From positions 96,001-160,000 of IMG/VR virus record IMGVR_UViG_3300020048_000009: 64,000 nt of DNA; one strand, 5' to 3'. Both the position numbers and the translations under genes were made by a program. The notes beneath the pieces were generated by a model. The model had not been told where the DNA came from and did no database searches. It saw only the letters and a list, made by a program, of their open reading frames with translations. The stretch is from a virus. Lineage: Duplodnaviria; Caudoviricetes. This document shows positions 43,651-52,171 of this stretch, one piece after another (position 1 is the stretch's first letter; the number at the start of each line of letters is the position of its first letter).

Positions 43651-43953
43651 ATGAGAAAAATAGACGAATTAAAGTTAAAGAATAAAGAAACAAGTAAACA
43701 ACTTAGAGAAAGAAATCTCAAGTTAAAAGAGAACCAGAAGCAAGGTAAATGTTGTAGTAATGAAATGTGTTCATTGTATTATGCTAGAAAAGAATATAGA
43801 CATTATCACATTGCCTATTGTGAGTTAAGAGGTAGAACTAGGGATCAGATTGAAAAACCTAGACGTGGTAATGAAGTAAACGAACAGCTTATTCAAAATA
43901 TTAAAAATGAATATGCATGGGAAATTCTCGATACTGGAGCAAACAATGAATAA
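43651..43953 (+). CDS. Hypothetical basic protein in the amber module
   Basis: Charged helical N-terminus; RHYHIAYCELRGRT..QIE.P; overlaps the Pth2-like start by 8 nt. Confidence 0.8.
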   Translation: MRKIDELKLKNKETSKQLRERNLKLKENQKQGKCCSNEMCSLYYARKEYRHYHIAYCELRGRTRDQIEKPRRGNEVNEQLIQNIKNEYAWEILDTGANNE

Positions 43954-44242
43954 ATTATATGTTTTAGTGAGAAAAGATTTATCTACATCTTATCAAGCGG
44001 TTCAAGCTGGTCATGCTGTGGCGGAATGGTTACTTCAAAACCATTAGGGTTCCGAATGGAAAAATAATACATTAATATATTTAGGTGTAAAAGATTTAGA
44101 TGATCTTAATCACTGGATGGAAAAACTTAAATATAAAAATATAGAATTTTCAGCATTTAAAGAACCTGATATTGGAAATGAAATAACAGCAATCGCATGT
44201 TTAAATGATGGTAAATTATTTTCCAGTCTTAGATTATTATAA
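43946..44242 (+). CDS. pth2: Pth2-like peptidyl-tRNA hydrolase with in-frame TAG at codon 34 (44045-44047)
   Basis: GGAG SD; KLYVLVRKDL...QAVQAGHAVAEW before the TAG and W.N.TLIYL...F.EPDIGNE.TAIA after it, same frame, ending TAA 44240-44242; missed by ORF track. Confidence 0.82.
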
Positions 44243-44245
44243 AAC

Positions 44246-44322
44246 GGCACTATAGCTCAGTGGTTAGAGCGGGAATCTCTAAAATTCTGTCCGCATGGGT
44301 TCGAATCCCATTAGAGCCGCCA
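44246..44322 (+). tRNA. Amber-suppressor tRNA (anticodon CUA)
   Basis: Acceptor GGCACTA/TAGAGCC (A:A at pair 4), D-arm GCTC/GAGC, anticodon arm GGAAT-CT CTA AA-ATTCT, T-arm ATGGG-TTCGAAT-CCCAT, G discriminator, encoded CCA. Confidence 0.9.
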
Positions 44323-44366
44323 AATTTATATAAGTTCCACTCCAGTGGAAAAAGTTAAACAAAAAG

Positions 44367-44400
44367 AAAAAGTTAAGGTATATTTTACCTTAACTTTTTT
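44367..44400 (+). terminator. Hairpin terminator after the tRNA, overlapping the next promoter (44378-44407)
   Basis: AAAAAGTTAAGGTA-TATTT-TACCTTAACTTTTTT. Confidence 0.75.
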
Positions 44401-44453
44401 ATATTATATATCTATCTCAAATGTAATTAACGTTTAAAATAAAGGAAAAATAA

Positions 44454-44987
44454 ATGAAGACTGGACTTATTATTGGTGGTGTTATTGTTCTTGGTATTGT
44501 GATGATTGGAAGTATGTTCATTAGTTGCAATAACAAGGATGTTATGCTTAGGACGACAATGGCTGCTCAGCAACTAGATAATACGAGCGTGTTTGATAAT
44601 ATGGGCAAGAAAATCAGTCAGGTTGCACAGGTTTCAGTTAAGCAGATGGAAATGCTAAAGGAGATCTTCCAAGCTCATGCGCAAGCACGTTCAACTGGTG
44701 GTGACAATCAAGTGATGACATGGATTAAGGAAAGTATTCCAAATATCGATACTGCAACATTTAATAATCTTCAGAATATTATTGTTTCAAGTAGAGATTC
44801 TTGGACAATGAGTCAACGAAAACTTATTGATCTAAAACGTGAACATGACCAGTTACTTCAACTTTTCCCTTCAAATATTATCTTAGCAATGTTAGGCAAG
44901 AAACCGTTTGAAATTAAGATTATTACTTCAACAAAAACCGAAAAGGCTTTTGAAACAGGTAAAGATGATGATGTAAAATTGTTTTAA
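44454..44987 (+). CDS. LemA-like membrane-anchored coiled-coil protein
   Basis: N-terminal TM, S.NN....LR, helical core, FPSNI...LG near C-terminus. Confidence 0.5.
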   Translation: MKTGLIIGGVIVLGIVMIGSMFISCNNKDVMLRTTMAAQQLDNTSVFDNMGKKISQVAQVSVKQMEMLKEIFQAHAQARSTGGDNQVMTWIKESIPNIDTATFNNLQNIIVSSRDSWTMSQRKLIDLKREHDQLLQLFPSNIILAMLGKKPFEIKIITSTKTEKAFETGKDDDVKLF

Positions 44988-45004
44988 TAGAAAGGATAAA
45001 TATT

Positions 45005-45373
45005 ATGATATTAATTATAAGTGCAATTGTGTTGTTTATTGGTATATTGTTTGTAGTCTCGAAATATTCTGAAGCATTTGGGGTATTTTTGATTATTACG
45101 AGTATTCTCGGGGGATTTTTTATGTTGGGTCTTATTGTTCCGATATATGAAAAGGATACTGTTATTAACCCTGCTAAAATAGAGAAAAATGAGTTAGGTG
45201 TTACTGTTTATTATATGGATAATGACCGATATACGTCTAAGGACATTAAGCTTGTTCATTCTAGTGATATTCGGTTGGTAAATAGTACAAATAACCTTGT
45301 TATTAATAAAAGACTGTCGTCAAATTCATATACCCTGCCATTAATGACAGAATACACAATTATTGAGAAATAA
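45005..45373 (+). CDS. Two-TM membrane protein (paralog of 9470)
   Basis: Same layout; YTSKDIKL. Confidence 0.6.
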   Translation: MILIISAIVLFIGILFVVSKYSEAFGVFLIITSILGGFFMLGLIVPIYEKDTVINPAKIEKNELGVTVYYMDNDRYTSKDIKLVHSSDIRLVNSTNNLVINKRLSSNSYTLPLMTEYTIIEK

Positions 45374-45558
45374 ATGGAAAATAATATACCATGTGATTAT
45401 TGCGATACTAAAGCAACATATAAGTTTGAAGAACCATTTGAAGATGGTATATTATTTCCAGGCAGGATATATGTATGTGATGTATGTAAAAAAGAACATA
45501 ATCATGATATTGACATACCATGTTATTTTGAATGTATCAAGCTTTAAGGAAAAATAAA

Positions 45559-46683
45559 ATGTTTTTACTGTATTTTTTAGCAATTATTCCGGTTATAATT
45601 TATACTGTACTTTATTTCAAAAAGGAATCAGTACATTTATATGAATTTCTTACTTGTTCTGTTGCATGTTTAATTATTGCAGGTATATTTCATATCTCAT
45701 TATTTAAATATATGACAGATGATGTAGAAGTTTTATCTGGTGAAATTATTAAAGCTACTTTCCACCCGACATGGGTGGAAAAGTATAAAGTTGCTCATTA
45801 TAAAACCGTATATAGTGGTTCAGGTAAACACAGGACGTCTCATAGGGTATTTTCACACTATACAACACATTATCGTACACATTCTGAATATTGGGATTGT
45901 GATACAAATTTAAATACAACTAAAACTATTAATAGAGATTTGTATGATGAAATTTGTGTAAATTTCAATAATAAGAATACAGAAACACCATTCAAAACAG
46001 GTTTCTATTCTGGCGATAAACATGTATATACAACATATAAGAAAACGTCATATATTTATCCTGTTACTAAAACACAAGCATGGGCAAATCGACTAAAATG
46101 TAGTAAAACGGTTTTTACTTATCCGTCTATTCCAAATGGAACTAAATTGTTTGAATATCCGGTTCCAACTGATTGGCGTGCTTCAAATAGACTTATAAAT
46201 GAACCATCTATTAATTTGTTGGAATTTGATAGAATGAATTCACGGTTAGGTTTTATGAAAAAGGTAAATATCATTTTAATAAATTTTGGAGAAAATACTG
46301 ATCCACTTATTGCTAAATATCAAGAAGCAAAGTTTTTAGGTGGTAAGAAAAATGATATTGTAATCTGTTATGGTAATAAGGTTGACGGGATTCCAAGTTG
46401 GTCGTATGTATTCTCTTGGAGTGAAAACTGTTTAGTTAAAAGAAATATTGAAACGTTGTTACTTTCTAATAAAATTAATAATACGTTACTTATTTCTCTA
46501 GAAAAAGAAATCGCAATAAACTATGAGATTAAAGATTGGAAAAAGTTTGAATATATAACAATATACCCTTCAGGCAATTCGATCTTATTATATGTTTTAA
46601 TATGTATAATTTTAAATGCAGGCATGGTATGGTTTATCACATCAAACGATGTAGACAAGGACGGTAAATATGGAAGATATTAA
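45559..46683 (+). CDS. Membrane protein with His/Tyr-rich extracytoplasmic domain
   Basis: Two N-terminal and one C-terminal TM; AAGGA SD favours 45559 over 45532. Confidence 0.7.
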   Translation: MFLLYFLAIIPVIIYTVLYFKKESVHLYEFLTCSVACLIIAGIFHISLFKYMTDDVEVLSGEIIKATFHPTWVEKYKVAHYKTVYSGSGKHRTSHRVFSHYTTHYRTHSEYWDCDTNLNTTKTINRDLYDEICVNFNNKNTETPFKTGFYSGDKHVYTTYKKTSYIYPVTKTQAWANRLKCSKTVFTYPSIPNGTKLFEYPVPTDWRASNRLINEPSINLLEFDRMNSRLGFMKKVNIILINFGENTDPLIAKYQEAKFLGGKKNDIVICYGNKVDGIPSWSYVFSWSENCLVKRNIETLLLSNKINNTLLISLEKEIAINYEIKDWKKFEYITIYPSGNSILLYVLICIILNAGMVWFITSNDVDKDGKYGRY

Positions 46684-47348
46684 AGATAATACAGCAAGAA
46701 AAACCCCATTTGAGATGTTAAAGACAGACGATTTATTTTATAATTCTGATCTTTCTAAGGTTTATAAAAAAATAAACAAGTATCAATATATGGATATGGC
46801 AACACGTGAAACTATTGAGCTCCTTCAGGGGTTCGGAAAATTAATGGTATATATAAAACAATGAGCACACCAACATTTACAGATACAGATATTTCAAATT
46901 TTATTCAGCATATTTTAGGACCGCAAGTAAAATTTATATTAATAGAAGAAACAAAAAGTGAGTTAAATCAATTAGTAGTAGATTTTGTTGCTAAAACAAA
47001 TGTAAAAATAGAAAGTATTAAAACAAATGAATTTCATGTAAAATGTTTTAGTATGTTTAGTAATAAGTATTTCATTAATATGGTTGCTCCTTATATAAAA
47101 ATAGAAGAGCCCATTAATGCTGACTGAAGTAACAATAGATTTTTATGGTGATCCACTTACAATAAATATACCTCTAACATATGAGCAGGTTACAGAAGGT
47201 CTTGTTGAAGAAGATGATTATGCAATTAGTCTGCCCAATGAAACATGGGTGAATATTAAACATGATTATTCAGAATTGGCCGTTCAAACAGGAGTAGGTG
47301 CCGAGATAAAAGACTTTTTCTGTGTTGTTAGAAAAATAAAGGAACAAA

Positions 47349-47669
47349 ATGATTCAAGATCTCAATAAACAAGAGTTTTTAAATGTTATTCTAAAAGATG
47401 ATTTATGCTTAATAGAAATTTATGGTTCTACTTGTGGACCATGTAAAATGCAAGCAAAAATCTTAGAAAATATTCTATATAATAAGCCAGAACTTGATAA
47501 TAAGATTAAATTTTATAAGTTCTGTATCGATGATATGGATGAAATTGCCCAAAAATTTGAAATTAAAATTCTTCCAACCATTATGGTTTTTAAAAATAAA
47601 CAAATCCTTAAAACCTTTATGGGAATGTCTCCTATGAATATTTTAACGGCCTTTTTGGATGAAATTTAA
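47349..47669 (+). CDS. Thioredoxin-like protein
   Basis: TCGPCK active site, FEIKILPTIMVFKN. Confidence 0.85.
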   Translation: MIQDLNKQEFLNVILKDDLCLIEIYGSTCGPCKMQAKILENILYNKPELDNKIKFYKFCIDDMDEIAQKFEIKILPTIMVFKNKQILKTFMGMSPMNILTAFLDEI

Positions 47670-48166
47670 TAAATAAAATAAAAAGATTAAGGGATAATAT
47701 TATGGGAATTTTAGATACAGCAGGCGATTCTATTATAAAAAACGCATACAAACGTATTTTTGATAAAAAATCAGCCGCAGACCAACATGAAGCTTTTAAA
47801 GAAAATCTTATAAAAGTTTGTAATGAAATGGCAGCTTCTAGAAAAATTAAATTACTTAAAATTGAAGATAATTTATCTAAGAGCGTCGATACAAAAACTA
47901 AATTGATGTTCCAATTCGCAGAAGGCAGTGATAAGTATTTAGAAATTACTGCAATGTCTGGTGGAATTAAGTATATGACAAAGATTCTACTTATTGCACA
48001 TGGCGATAGAATTGAGAAAGTTGTTAAGCTAGTTCAGGAGCATTTAAATGAAATGTTTTCACCTTTTGGCACATTTAAGAATAAAGGTTGGACAGATATT
48101 GTAGAAAATGATGAAGAGCCTGAAAAGAAAGCAAAAAAATAATTTAAAGCTCTATATATAAAGTAA

Positions 48167-48192
48167 AAAGTCTTAGTTTTCACTAAGACTTT
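48167..48192. terminator. Bidirectional terminator between convergent genes
   Basis: AAAGTCTTAGT-TTTC-ACTAAGACTTT flanked by A/T tracts. Confidence 0.8.
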
Positions 48193-48197
48193 ATTTT

Positions 48198-48674
48198 TTA
48201 TAGAGCAGTAACTGAAAAATCATATCCAGTAGAGCCTGTTGCTTCTTCTTGTCGTTCTATTTCACCGACAGTGAATCTATTTAATTTTTCAATTAATGAC
48301 TTATAAGATAATATTTTTTCTCTATTAAAAGAACCAACGTGAATTACATTATATTTCTCAATCCAATTTAGAAAAATATTTTTAAGAGCATTTTTAGCAG
48401 ATACTACTTGTTTTATATCAAAAGAAGGGTTTTTATATGTTTGATTGTCCGCAGTTAAAACTGGATTGTTATGGCTAGTTAATAATACCATATTTACGCC
48501 ACGAAATCTTAATAAAATTAGTTTATATATACCCGCGGTAGCTTCTTCTATTTTTCTATAACCCATTCTTTCAATTAATCTAAGATCGTCTTCTAATGTT
48601 TCTAAAATAATCGCATCTTTTAATTTACTTTCGGTTCTAGATAAATTTATTAAATTTTGTATATATTCACTCAT
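48198..48674 (-). CDS. Hypothetical protein on the minus strand
   Basis: Isolated 158-aa ORF between terminator and dnaJ; AATAAATA upstream on minus strand (48701-48708). Confidence 0.7.
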   Translation of the reverse strand: MSEYIQNLINLSRTESKLKDAIILETLEDDLRLIERMGYRKIEEATAGIYKLILLRFRGVNMVLLTSHNNPVLTADNQTYKNPSFDIKQVVSAKNALKNIFLNWIEKYNVIHVGSFNREKILSYKSLIEKLNRFTVGEIERQEEATGSTGYDFSVTAL

Positions 48675-48734
48675 ATTTTTTACTGGTTTCGGTTTATTTT
48701 TATTTATTAAAAAAGTATAATATAAATATCTATT

Positions 48735-49838
48735 ATGAAAAAAGACTATTACACAATTCTTGGTATAGAAGACAAAAAAGCAACAGCGGATGATATTAAA
48801 AAAGTATATCGTAAGCTTGCTTTACAATATCATCCCGATAAAAATCCTGGAAATAAAGAAGCCGAAGAAAAATTTAAAGAAATTAATGAAGCATATTCAG
48901 TTTTAAGTGATGAGACCAAAAGAAAAAATTATGATAATGGTCATAGTGATGATTATACAAATTTAAATGACTTTTTTAATAGACACAGTAATTTTAATAA
49001 TACTAACTTTAATCCATTTAAAACAAGAAATAATAAACCACGTGATCCCTTTACTCCGAGTCGTGGTGATGATATTCAATATGAACTTGCTATCTCATTA
49101 GAAGAATCTATTTCTGGTTGTACTAAAGATATTACACTGGATATTTGGAAAGAATGTCCTGAATGTAAAGGTACAGGGTTAACTGATAAATCTGAAAAAG
49201 TAGTATGTAATGTTTGTGGCGGTAGTGGCATGCATACAAAACAAGCAGGTAACATGTATTTCCAAACAATGTGTCCAGCGTGCGAGGGAACAGGCATTAA
49301 GGTTACCAACACTTGTGCTGCCGGATGCGACCACGGACGCGTAAGAGGTCAAAGAATCTATACTGTAACCATTAAACCTCATTCCATAACCGGTAGCTAT
49401 TTCTGTTTGAATAATGTTGGAAATATGGGTAAGTATAAAGGTGAATCTGGAAGTATTTATGTTATTATTAGAGTACAGGAACACGAGTTCTTTAAAAAGA
49501 ACGGTGATGATTATTTTTGTACAGTAAGACTTCCATTAAGAACGTTTATTGAAGGCGGAATATACAAAATTCCTAGCTTTACTGAAAATAAGTATATTGA
49601 GCTTTCTATTCCAAAAAATATTAGAAATGGTGCGATGTTAAAACTGTCTAATATGGGAATTAACACCGCTCATCTTTATGTTAAATTAATGGTAGAAGTC
49701 CCCACTAATTTAACGGATTGGCAAAAAGAACTATTAGAAGAGTTCGAAAAATCTCAAATACCTGAAAATTATCCAGAAATTAACAAAATAAATAGCGCTT
49801 TGGAAGATTTTAAAAATAAAGTTTGGAAAAAAGAATAA
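48735..49838 (+). CDS. dnaJ: DnaJ chaperone (J domain, zinc-finger, C-terminal domains)
   Basis: [25 protein letters not shown]; CxxCxGxG x3 plus degenerate fourth; LT..QKELL.EF. Confidence 0.93.
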   Translation: MKKDYYTILGIEDKKATADDIKKVYRKLALQYHPDKNPGNKEAEEKFKEINEAYSVLSDETKRKNYDNGHSDDYTNLNDFFNRHSNFNNTNFNPFKTRNNKPRDPFTPSRGDDIQYELAISLEESISGCTKDITLDIWKECPECKGTGLTDKSEKVVCNVCGGSGMHTKQAGNMYFQTMCPACEGTGIKVTNTCAAGCDHGRVRGQRIYTVTIKPHSITGSYFCLNNVGNMGKYKGESGSIYVIIRVQEHEFFKKNGDDYFCTVRLPLRTFIEGGIYKIPSFTENKYIELSIPKNIRNGAMLKLSNMGINTAHLYVKLMVEVPTNLTDWQKELLEEFEKSQIPENYPEINKINSALEDFKNKVWKKE

Positions 49839-50365
49839 ATTTCGGTATATCTTTTGTTAATACTAACGTATATTGATATTAACAAAGGAAGAATAATGGT
49901 TCAAAATTTTATAAATTTATCAAATGGATTATTGGCAATTAAAGAATATAATTTAACAGATTATAAAATTCTTAGAATTCAATCATCACATTGTGAGCAA
50001 AAACTATTTGAAGATATTTTAGTCGGTTTATCTGATGATTTTTTATTTAGAGTTGCAATGGGTGATGAAGTAATTGTTTATGATTATGGTGCAAAGAAAA
50101 AAACACCAAGAGCAATTTGGCAGGGCTTAGAATTTATTAAGTATGTTCTACATAAAAGATGGAAAGATGAAGAATATACCCCTATTTATAGAGATAAAAA
50201 CGTATTGCGGATATATTACGGACAAGAAATGAAGAAACTAAGCAGGGGCACAAAAAACAAAATAGATTATTATAAAAAGTTTTTCAAGGGCGTAATTAAT
50301 ATTAAAGCAATAACAAAAAGTACAAAATTTGATGGAGATACTAACGTATTATTGGAGTGTTTAAA

Positions 50366-50797
50366 ATGAAAGTAGAAATGGCAACATATGAACAAGCATT
50401 AAGTTACGCGACATTAATGCATAAGGGACAAAAGCGTATATCTGGCGAAGATTATATTACACACCCGATTAATGTAGCAAAAAGATGTAAATCTGATAGG
50501 GCTAAAATTGTTGCTCTATTTCATGACTTGTTTGAGGATACGGTAGCAAGATATGTTGATGTTTCTGTTTTATTAGCGTATGATGAAGAAATGATGGAAG
50601 CATTAAATCTTTTAACTCGTGATGAAAAAGAGACATATAAAGAATTCATTCAGAAAATTAAAGATTCTGGCAACCTATTAGCAATAGAAGTTAAAATTGC
50701 AGATTTGCAAGATAACTTATCATCAGTTGATATATTACCGCCAGAAAAACGTTCACTAAAAACTAGATATTTAGCGGCATTAAAGGTATTACAATGA
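50366..50797 (+). CDS. HD-domain hydrolase, RelA/SpoT (Mesh1)-like
   Basis: H.GQKR..GE.YITHP..VA, ALFHD..EDT, VKIAD..DN. Confidence 0.85.
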   Translation: MKVEMATYEQALSYATLMHKGQKRISGEDYITHPINVAKRCKSDRAKIVALFHDLFEDTVARYVDVSVLLAYDEEMMEALNLLTRDEKETYKEFIQKIKDSGNLLAIEVKIADLQDNLSSVDILPPEKRSLKTRYLAALKVLQ

Positions 50798-51014
50798 AAC
50801 CAAGTATAAAAGTCGTAGAAATCTATGCCGATGCAGCAGAATCTTTTAGACATGATCAAGGTATTGATCTTGAAAAAGAAACGTATAATGAATTGGTTAG
50901 GAATTGTGAAGTACCAGAAGGTACACAAATAGAATGGAAATATTATACATATGATCCATTAAGTACAACACCAAATAAGAAAATTTACTTAAAAACAAAA
51001 TAGGAATAAAAATC

Positions 51015-52169
51015 ATGTTAAAATTACAAACATTACTTCAATCAATGCCCTTTGAAAAGGCAAAAGAAATACTTTCACTTCCGCCTTATAGTTTTAAGGT
51101 TCAAGAAAATGATCATTATGTTTTATTTGCATATAATCAAATTGAAACAGATATGTCTTTACCTGAAGCTATTGAAGCTCGTGGTATTATTTTTGAAAAA
51201 AATGCAGACTTTACACCTGTTTGTGTTCCGTTCTTTAAGTTCTGGAACTATGGTGAATCCAAAGCTTCTGTTTTAGACCATTCTTCTCTTTCTATTTATG
51301 AAAAAGTAGACGGTTCTCTTATTAAGATTTGGTGGTCAAATATTTATGATAAGTGGGTTATTTCTACAAATAATACACTAGATGCATATACTGCAGGTCT
51401 TGGTGATAATCCGCATTTTAATAATTTCGGTGAATTAGTAGAAGATATTTTAAAACAAAAGGGTATTATTAATTTCGAAACCGATGCTAATTTTAGCAAG
51501 GGTAATACCTATATGTTTGAATTAACTTCTATTTATAATAAAGTTGTTATTCGCCATGTTAAATCTGATTTAACATTTTTGGGTTATAGAGATAATTCAA
51601 CGCTTCAAGAATTTGAACCCTATGATATTTATCTTAATAACGAAATTGTTCTAAATAAAGTTAAGAAGTATCCCTTAATGTCTATAGATGATATTCTTAA
51701 GGCTTGTGAAATTATGCATGGTGAACAAGAAGGCTTTGTTCTTGTAGATAAAAACTTTAATAGAGTTAAAGTTAAGTCTCCTTTCTATGTTACATTACAT
51801 CACGCTAAAGATAATGGCCAATTTACTTCTGAAAAGGCTATTAGAATTATTCAAATAAATGAAGTAGATGAATTTTTAACATACTTCCCTGAATTTAAGC
51901 CTTTCTTTGATGAAATAATTGTTTTAGTAGATGATTATGTTTCAGATATGGCACAATGTTTATGTATTGTTTTAGATGGTGTTGAATTTTTATCTAGAAA
52001 AGATATTGCGTTACAACTTAAATCACATAAAGCAGCCTGGTATGGTTTTATGGTTTTAGATAAAATTCTTAAACATGAAGTATATCAAATGCCAAGAGAT
52101 TGTTTTGAAAAGATGGATTCATCCAGAGCAGCAAAGTTTATAGGAGAAAAGTCAATTAAAGTGGCTTAA
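51015..52169 (+). CDS. rnlA: RNA ligase 1 (T4 Rnl1-like)
   Basis: EARG..F, F.KFWN, YEKVDGSLI, YMFEL, EGFV, RVKVKS. Confidence 0.85.
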   Translation: MLKLQTLLQSMPFEKAKEILSLPPYSFKVQENDHYVLFAYNQIETDMSLPEAIEARGIIFEKNADFTPVCVPFFKFWNYGESKASVLDHSSLSIYEKVDGSLIKIWWSNIYDKWVISTNNTLDAYTAGLGDNPHFNNFGELVEDILKQKGIINFETDANFSKGNTYMFELTSIYNKVVIRHVKSDLTFLGYRDNSTLQEFEPYDIYLNNEIVLNKVKKYPLMSIDDILKACEIMHGEQEGFVLVDKNFNRVKVKSPFYVTLHHAKDNGQFTSEKAIRIIQINEVDEFLTYFPEFKPFFDEIIVLVDDYVSDMAQCLCIVLDGVEFLSRKDIALQLKSHKAAWYGFMVLDKILKHEVYQMPRDCFEKMDSSRAAKFIGEKSIKVA

Positions 52170-52171
52170 TT

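Noticed and set aside
43946-44242. Pth2 as a simple pseudogene or frameshifted gene
   Set aside because: Both halves are in one frame with intact motifs, SD and stop. Coincidence with an amber leader and an adjacent CUA tRNA argues for function, though a sequencing error is not formally excluded.
44246-44322. tRNA-Pyl (pyrrolysine)
   Set aside because: It has a 5-bp anticodon stem, GG in the D-loop, TTC in the T-loop and a 6-nt variable region, unlike tRNA-Pyl; no pyl genes are visible.
44335-44350. TTCCAC-TCCA-GTGGAA hairpin after the tRNA
   Set aside because: Only 6 bp and no family resemblance; possibly a processing stem but not supportable.
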